A stretch of DNA of 64,000 nucleotides from an uncultured Rhodospirillales bacterium. Lineage in GTDB: Bacteria; Pseudomonadota; Alphaproteobacteria; Reyranellales; Reyranellaceae. Below are positions 18,687 through 27,666 of the stretch, in pieces. The stretch covers positions 37,522 through 101,521 of the forward strand of contig CADECW010000008.1 of NCBI GenBank assembly GCA_902825855.1, given 5' to 3'. Within the stretch, counting starts at the first letter, position 1. Each line of letters opens with the position of its first letter. A model generated the notes under the pieces. It was not told the origin of the DNA, searched no databases, and saw only the letters and a program-made list of their open reading frames with translations. Made by a program: the position numbers and the translations under genes.

Positions 18687-20030
18687 ATGGCGGGCCGGGC
18701 CGAGGTCGTCTCGACGCCCGCCGGCGGGCCGATGACCCAGGCCGTGCCCGGCACCGGTCTGCCGCCGCGCGGCGGCGTTCGCCTCCGCACGCTCGTCTTG
18801 ATTCGCTGGGCCGCCGTCGCCGGCCAGCTCTTCACCGCTGCCGTCGTCCATTGGGGCCTCAATTTTACCCTGCCCGTGCTGGCGGTAGGCGGCGCCATTG
18901 CGCTGTCGGCGCTGCTCAATCTCACGGTGAGCCTCGGCCGACCGGCGTCGGCGCGCATCGACGATCGCGAGGCCACCATCTTCCTGGCCTTCGACATTCT
19001 GCAGCTCGCTGTGCTGCTCTATCTCACCGGCGGCTTGGTAAACCCATTCTCGCTGCTGCTGCTGGCGCCGGTGGCGATCGGCGCCACCATCCTGTCGCTG
19101 GCGAGCAACGTCGCGCTGTCGCTGCTCACCATCATCAGCATCGGCCTGCTCGGCCTGTTCCATCAGCCGCTGCCCTGGCGCGGCCCGCCACCGGCGCTGC
19201 CGGAGATCTACCAGGCCGGGGCCTGGGCGGGGCTCACGCTCACGACACTGCTGGTCACGCTCTATGGCTGGCGGCTTGCCGAGGAGCAGCGCCAGATGGC
19301 GGCGGCTCTCGCTGCCGCGCAGGCGGCGCTGGAGCGCGAGCAGCGCATGTCGGCCTTGGGGGCGCTGGCCGCCGCGGCGGCCCATGAACTCGGCACGCCG
19401 CTCTCGACCATCGCCGTCGTTACCAAGGAGATGCTGCGCGAGGTCGAGGCCGATGATCCCCTGCGCGAGGACGTCGAGCTGCTGTCATCGGAATCCGAGC
19501 GCTGCCGCACCATCCTGGCGCGCCTGTCGGTCGATCCGGTGGGCGACGTTTCCGACGCCTACGCTTTGGTGCCGCTGCCGGCCCTGATCGAGGCAGCGGC
19601 GCAGCACTCGGAGCGGGACGGCATCGCCATCAGCTTCAAATCGGGGCCGGTCGGCGAGGGCGTGCCGACGACGGCGCCCATCCAGGTGCGCAGCCCGGAA
19701 ATCACTCAGGGAATCGGCAACATCGTTCAGAATGCGGTGTCGTTTGCCCGCCACGAGGTCGAGATTCGGACTCGCTGGACGGCTTCCTGGTCGGAGGTCG
19801 AGGTCTCCGACGACGGTCCGGGTTTCTCCGAGGCGCTGCTCGACGAACTCGGCACGCCCTTCATCTCGACGCGTCAGGGCGAGGAAGGACACATGGGGTT
19901 GGGTGTCTTCATCGCCAAGACGCTATTGGAACGAACCGGGGCCACCGTGACTTTCGGTAACCGCGGGGGAACGACGGCTGGTGCGCTGGTTTCGGTGCGC
20001 TGGCCAAACCCTGTCTTCAAGGCTACATAG
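18687..20030 (+). CDS. regB: Redox sensor histidine kinase RegB/PrrB/ActS
   Basis: Quinone-binding GGLVNPF, H-box AHELGTPL, redox Cys in ERCRTIL, DDGPGF, GLGVFIA. Confidence 0.93.
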   Translation: MAGRAEVVSTPAGGPMTQAVPGTGLPPRGGVRLRTLVLIRWAAVAGQLFTAAVVHWGLNFTLPVLAVGGAIALSALLNLTVSLGRPASARIDDREATIFLAFDILQLAVLLYLTGGLVNPFSLLLLAPVAIGATILSLASNVALSLLTIISIGLLGLFHQPLPWRGPPPALPEIYQAGAWAGLTLTTLLVTLYGWRLAEEQRQMAAALAAAQAALEREQRMSALGALAAAAAHELGTPLSTIAVVTKEMLREVEADDPLREDVELLSSESERCRTILARLSVDPVGDVSDAYALVPLPALIEAAAQHSERDGIAISFKSGPVGEGVPTTAPIQVRSPEITQGIGNIVQNAVSFARHEVEIRTRWTASWSEVEVSDDGPGFSEALLDELGTPFISTRQGEEGHMGLGVFIAKTLLERTGATVTFGNRGGTTAGALVSVRWPNPVFKAT

Positions 20031-20053
20031 CGGCCGATGTCGGAGGAGCAGCC

Positions 20054-20644
20054 ATGAGCCAGGACACAGGCGCCAACCGCCCCGTGTCGCCCGCCGTAGC
20101 CGGCGCGACGGCCAACAAGGAACGCACGCTGCTGATCGCCGATGACGATGCCGCGTTCCGCAACCGCATCGCGCGGGCCCTCGAATTGCGCGGCTTCATC
20201 GTGACGGCCGTCGGCTCGGTTGCCGAGGCCCTGGCGCAGACCGCGCGTCCGCCCGCGTTCGCCGTGCTCGACCTCAGGCTTGGCGACGGCAACGGGCTCG
20301 AGCTGGTGGGTCCGTTGCGCCAGGCGCGGCCCGACATCCGCATCGTCGTTCTGACAGGCTATGGCAATATCGCCACCGCCGTCGCCGCGGTGAAGGAAGG
20401 CGCCGTCGACTACCTCGCCAAGCCGGCCGACGCCGACGCCATCGAGCAGGCACTGACCGCGCACGGCCGCAAATTGCCGCCGCCTCCCAGCAACCCGATG
20501 TCGGCCGACCGTGTGCGCTGGGAGCACATCCAGCGCGTGTTCGAGCAGTGCGACCGGAACGTCTCGGAGACGGCACGCCGGCTCAACATGCATCGGCGCA
20601 CCTTGCAGCGCATCCTCGGCAAGCACGCGCCGCGCGAGCACTGA
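20054..20644 (+). CDS. regA: Response regulator RegA/PrrA/ActR
   Basis: LTGYGNIATAVAAVK, PMSADRVRWEHIQRV, NVSETARRLNMHRRTLQRIL. Confidence 0.96.
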   Translation: MSQDTGANRPVSPAVAGATANKERTLLIADDDAAFRNRIARALELRGFIVTAVGSVAEALAQTARPPAFAVLDLRLGDGNGLELVGPLRQARPDIRIVVLTGYGNIATAVAAVKEGAVDYLAKPADADAIEQALTAHGRKLPPPPSNPMSADRVRWEHIQRVFEQCDRNVSETARRLNMHRRTLQRILGKHAPREH

Positions 20645-20648
20645 TAGA

Positions 20649-21527
20649 CTGGCGCTGATCACCGTCCAGCTCCTGCTCAACGCTCTGGCGCTGGGCATGG
20701 CTTATGCGCTGGTCGCGCTGGGCTTCGTGCTGGCGCTGAACGCGGCGGGCGCGGTCAACTTTGCGCACGGTGACCTGGTCGTGCTGGGCGGCGCCGTCGC
20801 CGCCTTCGTCGGACTCGCGACCGGAATGCCGAGCATGCTGCTGCTGCCGCTGGTCGCGGTTTCGATCGGCATGGTCGGCATCGTCGCTGCACGCGTCGCC
20901 ATCCTGCCGTTGGCGTCGCGCCCGCCCGAGGCGACGTTCGTCGCCACCATCGCGCTTGCCGCCATCATCGAACAGAGCCTGACCATCGCCATGGCCGGGG
21001 CGCCGCGCACGGCGCCCGCGGTTCTGGGCGGCGGCTCGTTCGAGATCGCAGGCTTCGTGGTCGGCCGCCAGCCGCTTGCCATCGTCGTGCTGGGCGCCGC
21101 GCTGGTGGCGGGCGTGTGGTTCCTGCTCGAGCGCACGCAGACCGGCCGACGCATGCGTGCCGTCGCCGCCGACCGCTACATGGCGCGCGCCGTCGGTATT
21201 CCCGTCGGCCGCTATGTCGTCCTGTCGCTGGCGCTGTCGGGCGCGCTGGCGGGCATCGCCGGCTTTCTCCTGGGGCACCAGTTTCTCGTTGCGCCGACCC
21301 AGGGCGCGGGTCACATGCTGAAGGCCTATATCGCCGTGGCCCTGGGCGGCTGGGGCAGCGTGCCCGGTGCGCTCCTGGGGGCGCTCGGCATCGGTGTCTT
21401 CGAGACCTTCGTCGCCGCCGGGTTCGGCGACGTCTGGGCGTCCGCTGCTCTCTATATTGCGGTGCTCACGGTGCTGGTGCTGCGTCCCCAGGGCCTGTTC
21501 GGCGAGCCCGTCGGCCGGCGCGCCTGA
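20649..21527 (+). CDS. Branched-chain amino acid ABC permease (LivH-like)
   Basis: QLLLNALALGMAYALVALG, NFAHG, TQTGRRMRAVA, LRPQGLFG; start uncertain (CTG 20649 or ATG 20697). Confidence 0.85.
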   Translation: MALITVQLLLNALALGMAYALVALGFVLALNAAGAVNFAHGDLVVLGGAVAAFVGLATGMPSMLLLPLVAVSIGMVGIVAARVAILPLASRPPEATFVATIALAAIIEQSLTIAMAGAPRTAPAVLGGGSFEIAGFVVGRQPLAIVVLGAALVAGVWFLLERTQTGRRMRAVAADRYMARAVGIPVGRYVVLSLALSGALAGIAGFLLGHQFLVAPTQGAGHMLKAYIAVALGGWGSVPGALLGALGIGVFETFVAAGFGDVWASAALYIAVLTVLVLRPQGLFGEPVGRRA

Positions 21528-21528
21528 C

Positions 21529-23058
21529 ATGCGGCTTGCCCCGTTCTGGCTGGTCGTCCTGCTGGTGCCGCCTGTGGTGGCGCTCACCGCCTTGCCGCCG
21601 TTCGGTCAGCGCATGGTCACCCTGGCCGGCATCTATGGGCTGATGGGTCTGGGTTATCAGCTCGTGTTCGGCCAGCTCGGTGCGCTGAACCTGGCGCAGG
21701 GCGCCTTGTTCGGTCTGGGTGCCTATGCCGCGGCGCTGACGGCGCCGATCCTTGGCGTGTTCGCGCTGCCGGTGGCGATCCTGGCCGCGGCGTTCCCGGC
21801 GGCCGTGGTGGCGGGACCGTTGCTGCGCCTGCAGTCGCACTACTTCGCGCTTGCCACCCTGGCGCTCGCCTCGCTGGTCAACCTTCTGACGGTGCACGCC
21901 GAGAGCCTGACCGGCGGCGCCAACGGCCTCGCCGGTTTCGCGGCGGACTTGCCGCGTGGGCCTGTCCTGCTGGTGACGGTGTGGACCTGCCTGATCGCTT
22001 GTGTGCTGCTCTACGCCTGGCTGTTCGAAGGCACCGCGGGCCAGAAGACGCGGCTGCTGCGCGACGCGCCGTTGCTAGCCGCCACGCTCGGCATCGATGG
22101 TGCGGCCTGGCGCTTTGTGGCGTTCGTCGCCGGCGCCGCCTTGGCCGGCCTGGCCGGCGCCTGTTCCGCCGGCTTGAGCGGCGTCGTCTCGCCGGAAGCC
22201 ACGGGCTTTTCGATCATGGTGCTTTGTCTGACGCTCGTGGTGCTGGGCGGCGCGCGCCATCCGATGGGCGCAGTCGTCGGTGCCGCGCTCGCCGTCGGCC
22301 TGCCTGAACTGCTGCGCGACCTGCAGGGCGCGTGGCTGCTGGCCTACGCCGTCGCCACGCTCGCTGTCGTGCTATGGGCGCCCGAGGGCCTCGTCGGACT
22401 CATCGACCGCTTGCGCGGCTCGCGGCGCGCATCTTCCGTCCCGCCGGGCCTGCCAGCCTCGGTGCCGCCCGTTCCCGGCGCGCAACGCCTCACCATCGAC
22501 GGCGTCTCCAAGCGCTTTGGCGGCGTCCAGGCATTGGCCGACGTGTCGCTGCTGGTCGATCGCGGCGAGATCGTCGGCCTGATCGGGCCCAACGGTTCGG
22601 GGAAGACCACGCTGCTCAACGTCATCAGCGGTCTCGACCGTGCCGACAAGGGCGCCGTCACTCTCGACGACCGACACATCGAACACCTGCCGGCGCACGC
22701 GGTGGCGCGCGCCGGCATAGGCCGCAGCTTCCAGGCGCTGCTGCTGGCGGGCGACACCAAGGCCGCTGACCTCGCGCGGGCGGTGGCGACGGGGGCGGCT
22801 TTCCTGATGCTCGACGAGCCGGCGGCCGGCATTGGCGACGCCGAGCGCCGGGCGTTGGAGGCATTCCTGGCAAAGCTGCGCGATTCCGGCCGCGGCGTGC
22901 TGATCGTCGATCACGACATCGAGCTTCTGTCGCGCGCCTGCGATCGCCTGGTCTGCCTCGATCGTGGTCGAGTCATTGCCAGCGGTGAGCCCGCCGCGGT
23001 GCGAGCCGATCCGCGGGTGCGTGCAAGCTTCCTCGGCCTAGACGGTCTCGCGGCATGA
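21529..23058 (+). CDS. Fused LivM-like permease and internally deleted LivG-like ATPase
   Basis: GQLGALNLAQGALFGLGAY, LRLQSHYFALATLA; then GPNGSGKTT, RSFQ, LDEPAAG, VDHD. Confidence 0.85.
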   Translation: MRLAPFWLVVLLVPPVVALTALPPFGQRMVTLAGIYGLMGLGYQLVFGQLGALNLAQGALFGLGAYAAALTAPILGVFALPVAILAAAFPAAVVAGPLLRLQSHYFALATLALASLVNLLTVHAESLTGGANGLAGFAADLPRGPVLLVTVWTCLIACVLLYAWLFEGTAGQKTRLLRDAPLLAATLGIDGAAWRFVAFVAGAALAGLAGACSAGLSGVVSPEATGFSIMVLCLTLVVLGGARHPMGAVVGAALAVGLPELLRDLQGAWLLAYAVATLAVVLWAPEGLVGLIDRLRGSRRASSVPPGLPASVPPVPGAQRLTIDGVSKRFGGVQALADVSLLVDRGEIVGLIGPNGSGKTTLLNVISGLDRADKGAVTLDDRHIEHLPAHAVARAGIGRSFQALLLAGDTKAADLARAVATGAAFLMLDEPAAGIGDAERRALEAFLAKLRDSGRGVLIVDHDIELLSRACDRLVCLDRGRVIASGEPAAVRADPRVRASFLGLDGLAA

Positions 23059-23705
23059 GCGTGCTCGAAATCGGCGATGTGTCGATCGAGGCCGGCGAGA
23101 TCGTGGCCCTGCTGGGCGGCAACGGCGCCGGCAAGACGACGCTGCTGGAGACCGTTCTAGGCTTCCATCCTGGACGCGTCGTGCTGTTCGGCCGCGACGT
23201 GAGCGCGCTCACCGTCGAGCAGCGCGTCCAGTCGGGCGTCGGTTACGTGCCCGAAGGACGGCGCGTCTTCGCCGCCCTGACGGTGCGGGAGAACCTCGAA
23301 GCGTCTTCGTCGCTTCCAGCAGCGCAGCGCCGCCAGCGGGTCGACGAGATGCTGGCGCTCTTCCCGATGCTCGGTGAACGACCGGAGGCGCGGGCGTGGT
23401 TGCTGTCAGGCGGCCAGCAGCAGATGCTGGCCCTGGCACGCGCCCTGATGGACCGGCCGCGCCTGCTGCTGCTCGACGAGCCGACGCTCGGACTCGCCCC
23501 CGTCGTCGTGGCCGACCTGCTGCGCCGCCTCGGCGCCATGACCACCGACGGGACGGCGATCCTGCTGGCCGAGCAACGTGCCGCCCTGGCGCTCGGCGTC
23601 GCCGGGCGCGGCGTGGTGCTCAGCCGGGGGCTGGTCGTGCGGCGCGGCTCGGCTGGCGAGCTTGCGGCCGATCCTGCGCTGGCCGACCTGATGGCCGGCG
23701 CTTGA
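23055..23705 (+). CDS. ABC ATP-binding protein (LivF-like, short)
   Basis: GGNGAGKTT, VPEGRRVF, LSGGQQQMLA, LDEPTLGLAP. Confidence 0.9.
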   Translation: MSVLEIGDVSIEAGEIVALLGGNGAGKTTLLETVLGFHPGRVVLFGRDVSALTVEQRVQSGVGYVPEGRRVFAALTVRENLEASSSLPAAQRRQRVDEMLALFPMLGERPEARAWLLSGGQQQMLALARALMDRPRLLLLDEPTLGLAPVVVADLLRRLGAMTTDGTAILLAEQRAALALGVAGRGVVLSRGLVVRRGSAGELAADPALADLMAGA

Positions 23706-24147
23706 GCGCGGGTTTGGCTGTCCGCGGCCGCTGCCGGCCGGGCAGGACCTCGTCGCGCGAGAGATTGTCGTGCACTTCGTCCATGCGCCGGTAGTCGATC
23801 GTGACTTCTTGGCCCGGCTCGATGTCCTTCAGGGCATAGTAGGTGACATCGCCATCATCGGACTGAAGGTTGGGCGTCTCGGAATGATTCATGTACCAGC
23901 CGACCGAGATGCGCAGGAAATCGATCGGCGCCCAATAGCCGCCGGTGGTGCGAATCCCGAAGCGCTGAAAGAGCTTCTTGTGCGGCGAGGCGTGCGCCTT
24001 CTCAAGCGGCACCCATCGGCTGTCTTCCGGTGACCACACGCGGACGAATTCGCCCTTCTCGATCCTGGTATCGGAAAAGCAGCCGATGCCGTGGATCTTG
24101 GACGGCCCGAGATAGAGAAGGGCCTTATGCCATTTGCGCTTACGCAT
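23620..24147 (-). CDS. SET domain-containing protein (putative lysine methyltransferase)
   Basis: SKIHGIGCF...IEKGE, YMNHSETPN, YALKDIEPGQEVTIDY. Confidence 0.88.
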   Translation of the reverse strand: MRKRKWHKALLYLGPSKIHGIGCFSDTRIEKGEFVRVWSPEDSRWVPLEKAHASPHKKLFQRFGIRTTGGYWAPIDFLRISVGWYMNHSETPNLQSDDGDVTYYALKDIEPGQEVTIDYRRMDEVHDNLSRDEVLPGRQRPRTAKPALKRRPSGRPAQDRPQARQPSRAARPAPG

Positions 24148-24226
24148 CTTGCGGGGTCTCGTGATTCGCGAGCAGGCGCGCCTTGTAGCCCTGCTTCGCG
24201 ATCGAGAGCAACGGAAAGTGTCGCCG

Positions 24227-24556
24227 TTATCGCCTATTCTCGAAGTGAGGAGCGCCTGTGTTTTCAGCGGCGATGAATGCCTGTGCGGGGACATAGGATC
24301 GGACGAGGTCGACGACGATCTGGCCGGAAAGAAAACCGCCGATGGCGCTGCCGATCAGGCCGCCGAAGATCGGCCAATCGAGAGCATGCCCCGCGACGAA
24401 ACCGATTCCTGCGCATAACCCTGTGACGAGCATGGCGGCCTGCATGCGCCAGTCGCGAAACGCTCGCCAATAAGCACTGCACCAGACACGACGGCGTTGC
24501 GATGCCGGCAGCTGCGCCAGTTCGGGGATACTCTTGAGAGCCCAGTAGATCTGCAT
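24227..24556 (-). CDS. Small membrane hypothetical protein
   Basis: MQIYWALKSIPELAQLPASQRRRVW plus two Gly-rich TM segments. Confidence 0.7.
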   Translation of the reverse strand: MQIYWALKSIPELAQLPASQRRRVWCSAYWRAFRDWRMQAAMLVTGLCAGIGFVAGHALDWPIFGGLIGSAIGGFLSGQIVVDLVRSYVPAQAFIAAENTGAPHFENRR

Positions 24557-24701
24557 TGTCTCTTCTGACACGAGCGTAGCAGGCCAAGCGCGAGTCCGCA
24601 GCGAACCTGCACGCATACCTAGAAGACATGCGGGAGATGAAGGAAAGAGTCGCGCAAGCCCACAATCCCAGCTGTTTTTCTCATCGTCTCGAGGAGCGCC
24701 T

Positions 24702-26039
24702 TCATGCCCGCCGATTCTGCGCGTTCCAGAACAGCTCGAGGTTGGAGATCAGGGCGGGGCTGAAGTGGCACAGCGCCTGCTCGCGGGCATAGAGCGCCGC
24801 GTACTTGCGGAACGCATCGATCGGCTCGGCCGACAGACGTAGCGCGCGGCGGTTGCCGATGGCGCCGACGGCGCCCGAGCCGGTCAGGCGGTCGATCACG
24901 CGCCCGATCGTGGCGTCCATCTCGGCAGGATCGATGACCTCGTCGCAAATCATGCGCCCGACGTCGGAATCGCAGTCGATGCGGCGCTCGTACATGATCG
25001 CCTGGCGCGTGATGCGGTCGCCGACGAAGCGGGCCATGCGCAGGTTGGCCATCGCCGGGATGATGCCTTCCTTGCGCGCCGGCAGCGTCATGTAGGCATC
25101 GCGACCGGCGATGTTGAAGTCGGTAGCCAGCAGGATCTGGCAGCCGCCGCCGATGGCGAACGTCTCCACCGCGGATATCCAGAGCTTCTCGATCGAATCG
25201 CCCGCCACTTCGTCGGGCGGGACCTCCGGCAGGGCGAGCCCCCGCATCATCTTGTTCACGAAGCCGAGGTCGCGGATCAGGTACCACAGGAAGGGTATCT
25301 TGCCGTGGTAGAGGTGCGTCAGGTTGATACCGGCGTTGAAGATGCGGCGCCCGGCGTACTTGCCCTCGGGCACGACCTCGCCGCGCAGCACCGCGACCTG
25401 GCTGTGCGGATCGAGGATGCAGACGTCGGCTGCGATCTCGGTCGCGGGCTGAGTGGAATTGTCCTCGGAGTTGAGGAAGCGCTTGTTGGCAAGCAGCAGC
25501 ACGGCCGCCTTGCCCTGGCGCTCGACCTTGGCGAAGCCGAGATCGAGCCTGCCGTCGCGCAGGAACTTGGCCAGCGCCTCGGTCGATTCCTCGCGCGGCA
25601 GCAGCATGGCGTGGCAGAGATGCAGGCCGCAGACGGGATCGGCCAGGAACTGGTTGAACAGGATTCCCTGGTCGATCTCGCAGCCGTCCTTGTCGGCCTG
25701 CCGAAGCTCGGCCTCGGCGGCGACCTCGGCGCGGCTGGGAACGAGCCCCGGCATCATCTCGGCGGCGTCGTAGGCCAGCCGTTCGACGCGCACGAACTTC
25801 GAGCGATTTGCGGTCAGCCGATCGTAAAGGGTACGGGCATGGCGGCGCAGAAAGGCGAAGCGCGCCTCGCGCGCGGCCTGCTTGATCGCCTCGGCCGTGT
25901 CGAAGGCGGCGGGATCTCGCTTGGGCTTGGGCCCCAGGTGGAGCAGTCGCTGCTTGGCGTCGAGCCAATAGGCAGAGAAATGGGCGGCGTCGGCCGCGAA
26001 GTCGCCGTTTGCGACCGGTGCCGAGACCAACGAATCCAT
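24702..26039 (-). CDS. dpgC: DpgC-like (3,5-dihydroxyphenyl)acetyl-CoA 1,2-dioxygenase (crotonase fold)
   Basis: EIDQGI, RIFNAGINL, IRDLGFVNK, IEKLWISAVETFAIGGGCQ, KEGIIPAMANLR, NRRAL match the DpgC pattern as I recall it. Confidence 0.82.
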   Translation of the reverse strand: MDSLVSAPVANGDFAADAAHFSAYWLDAKQRLLHLGPKPKRDPAAFDTAEAIKQAAREARFAFLRRHARTLYDRLTANRSKFVRVERLAYDAAEMMPGLVPSRAEVAAEAELRQADKDGCEIDQGILFNQFLADPVCGLHLCHAMLLPREESTEALAKFLRDGRLDLGFAKVERQGKAAVLLLANKRFLNSEDNSTQPATEIAADVCILDPHSQVAVLRGEVVPEGKYAGRRIFNAGINLTHLYHGKIPFLWYLIRDLGFVNKMMRGLALPEVPPDEVAGDSIEKLWISAVETFAIGGGCQILLATDFNIAGRDAYMTLPARKEGIIPAMANLRMARFVGDRITRQAIMYERRIDCDSDVGRMICDEVIDPAEMDATIGRVIDRLTGSGAVGAIGNRRALRLSAEPIDAFRKYAALYAREQALCHFSPALISNLELFWNAQNRRA

Positions 26040-26064
26040 GTCTGCTTCCTGACCGACTGAAAAT

Positions 26065-26139
<75 letters not shown>

Positions 26140-26156
26140 GTCGCTGCCTTTCTAGC

Positions 26157-26477
26157 TCACTTCACTGGACCATAAAAGATGATCCAGATGGCGAAGTCCT
26201 CGGTGAAATCCTCGAAGCCGTGCTCGGCGTGCGCCGCAGCGAAGCACATGTCGCCCGGTCCGACCGCCGTCCGCGTGCCGTCGACGCGATAGAAGCCGGA
26301 GCCGGCGGCGACGATGTAGACCTCGTCGCGCTGATGCGGCTTCTGTGGCCCGTTGGTCGGCCGTGGCGTGAACCGGATCTCGAGGTCGCCGTCGATGAAG
26401 GCCTCGGCCGAGCGGCCGGGTTTCCAGGGAAGGCCGCGCGCGGCGGCCAGCGAAATCGGAGCAGGCGTTCGGTCCAT
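26157..26477 (-). CDS. Cupin domain protein
   Basis: QKPHQRDEVYIV, GPGDMCFAAAHAEHGF, IWIIFYG. Confidence 0.85.
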   Translation of the reverse strand: MDRTPAPISLAAARGLPWKPGRSAEAFIDGDLEIRFTPRPTNGPQKPHQRDEVYIVAAGSGFYRVDGTRTAVGPGDMCFAAAHAEHGFEDFTEDFAIWIIFYGPVK

Positions 26478-26517
26478 GGCGGCCTCAACTTTGGCTTCGA
26501 CCGTGCGATAGTAGCGC

Positions 26518-27666
26518 ATGCTCGACGAAGTCCTGACACAAGAAGAGCGCGCCGTCGTGGCGCGCGCCCGCGAATTCGCTGAACAGCACGTCGCCCCCAA
26601 CGCGGCGCGCTGGGAGTGGGAGCGGCGCTATCCGCTGGAGGTGATCCGGCAAGGCTGCAAGGCCGGCCTGCATACGATCGAGCTTGCCCGGAAGCACGGC
26701 GGGCAGGGCCTCTCCTTCTCCTGCAAGCTGCGGGCCTTCGAGGAGATTTCCAGGCACGACTTCGCCTTCGCCTTCGCGATGATCAACCATCACAACGCGG
26801 TGGCGCGGTTCGCTCGCGACGGCCAGTCGGGCCATGTCGCGCGCCTGCTGCCACGAATGCTTGCCGGCGAGGTCATAGGCTGCGCCGGCTTGAGCGAACC
26901 TGGTGTCGGCAGCGACTTCGGCGGGCTGGAGATGTCGGCGGTGAAGGTCGAAGGCGGCTGGAAGCTGAACGGTGCCAAGGCCTGGATCACCAATGCAGCG
27001 GTCGCCGGCCTCTCGGTCGCCTACGCCCAGACCGACAGGGCGCAGGGCTATCGCGGCATCGCCTGCTTTGCGATCGAGGCCGACCGGCCGGGTTTCGAGC
27101 GTAGCCCGCCGTTCGATTTGCACGGCGGACACGCGATCGGTGTCGGCGGTTTTCGGCTGGTCGACTACATTGCGCCGGACGAGGCCGTGCTGCATCCGCC
27201 GGGCCAGGCCTTCAAGGCGGCGCTCGCCGGCATCAACGGCGCCCGCGCCTACGTCGCCGCCATGTGCTGCGGCATGCTGCAGTCCTCGCTCGAGACGGCG
27301 GTGCGCTACACCAGCCAGCGCAAGACCTTCGGCCAGCCCGTGCTCGATCACCAGGGCGTGCGCTGGAAGCTTGTCGACGCCGCAACCGACCTCGAGGCGG
27401 CGCGTCTGTTGACCTACCGCGCGGCACGCCTGATCGACGAAGGCGGCGACGCCGTGCTGCCGGCTGCGCATGCCAAGAAGTTCGCCACGGAGATGGCGCT
27501 GAAACGCATCGCCGACTGCATCCAGGCGATGGGCGCCAACGGGCTGCGCGCGGAGTACCCGCTCAGCCGGCACCTCGCCTGCGCCAAGATCGCCGCCTAC
27601 ACCGACGGCTCGATCGAGATGATGAACGAGCGCATCGGCGTCGGCCTGCAGCAGGTGTTCGGGTGA
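26518..27666 (+). CDS. Acyl-CoA dehydrogenase family protein
   Basis: LSEPGVGSD, LNGAKAWITN, RKTFGQP, IQAMGANG. Confidence 0.92.
   Translation: MLDEVLTQEERAVVARAREFAEQHVAPNAARWEWERRYPLEVIRQGCKAGLHTIELARKHGGQGLSFSCKLRAFEEISRHDFAFAFAMINHHNAVARFARDGQSGHVARLLPRMLAGEVIGCAGLSEPGVGSDFGGLEMSAVKVEGGWKLNGAKAWITNAAVAGLSVAYAQTDRAQGYRGIACFAIEADRPGFERSPPFDLHGGHAIGVGGFRLVDYIAPDEAVLHPPGQAFKAALAGINGARAYVAAMCCGMLQSSLETAVRYTSQRKTFGQPVLDHQGVRWKLVDAATDLEAARLLTYRAARLIDEGGDAVLPAAHAKKFATEMALKRIADCIQAMGANGLRAEYPLSRHLACAKIAAYTDGSIEMMNERIGVGLQQVFG

Noticed and set aside
15665-18997. 1110-aa minus-strand ORF
   Set aside because: Only the last 351 aa (serine hydrolase) are real; the rest is the antisense shadow of pyrC, the NUDIX gene and regB in high-GC DNA.
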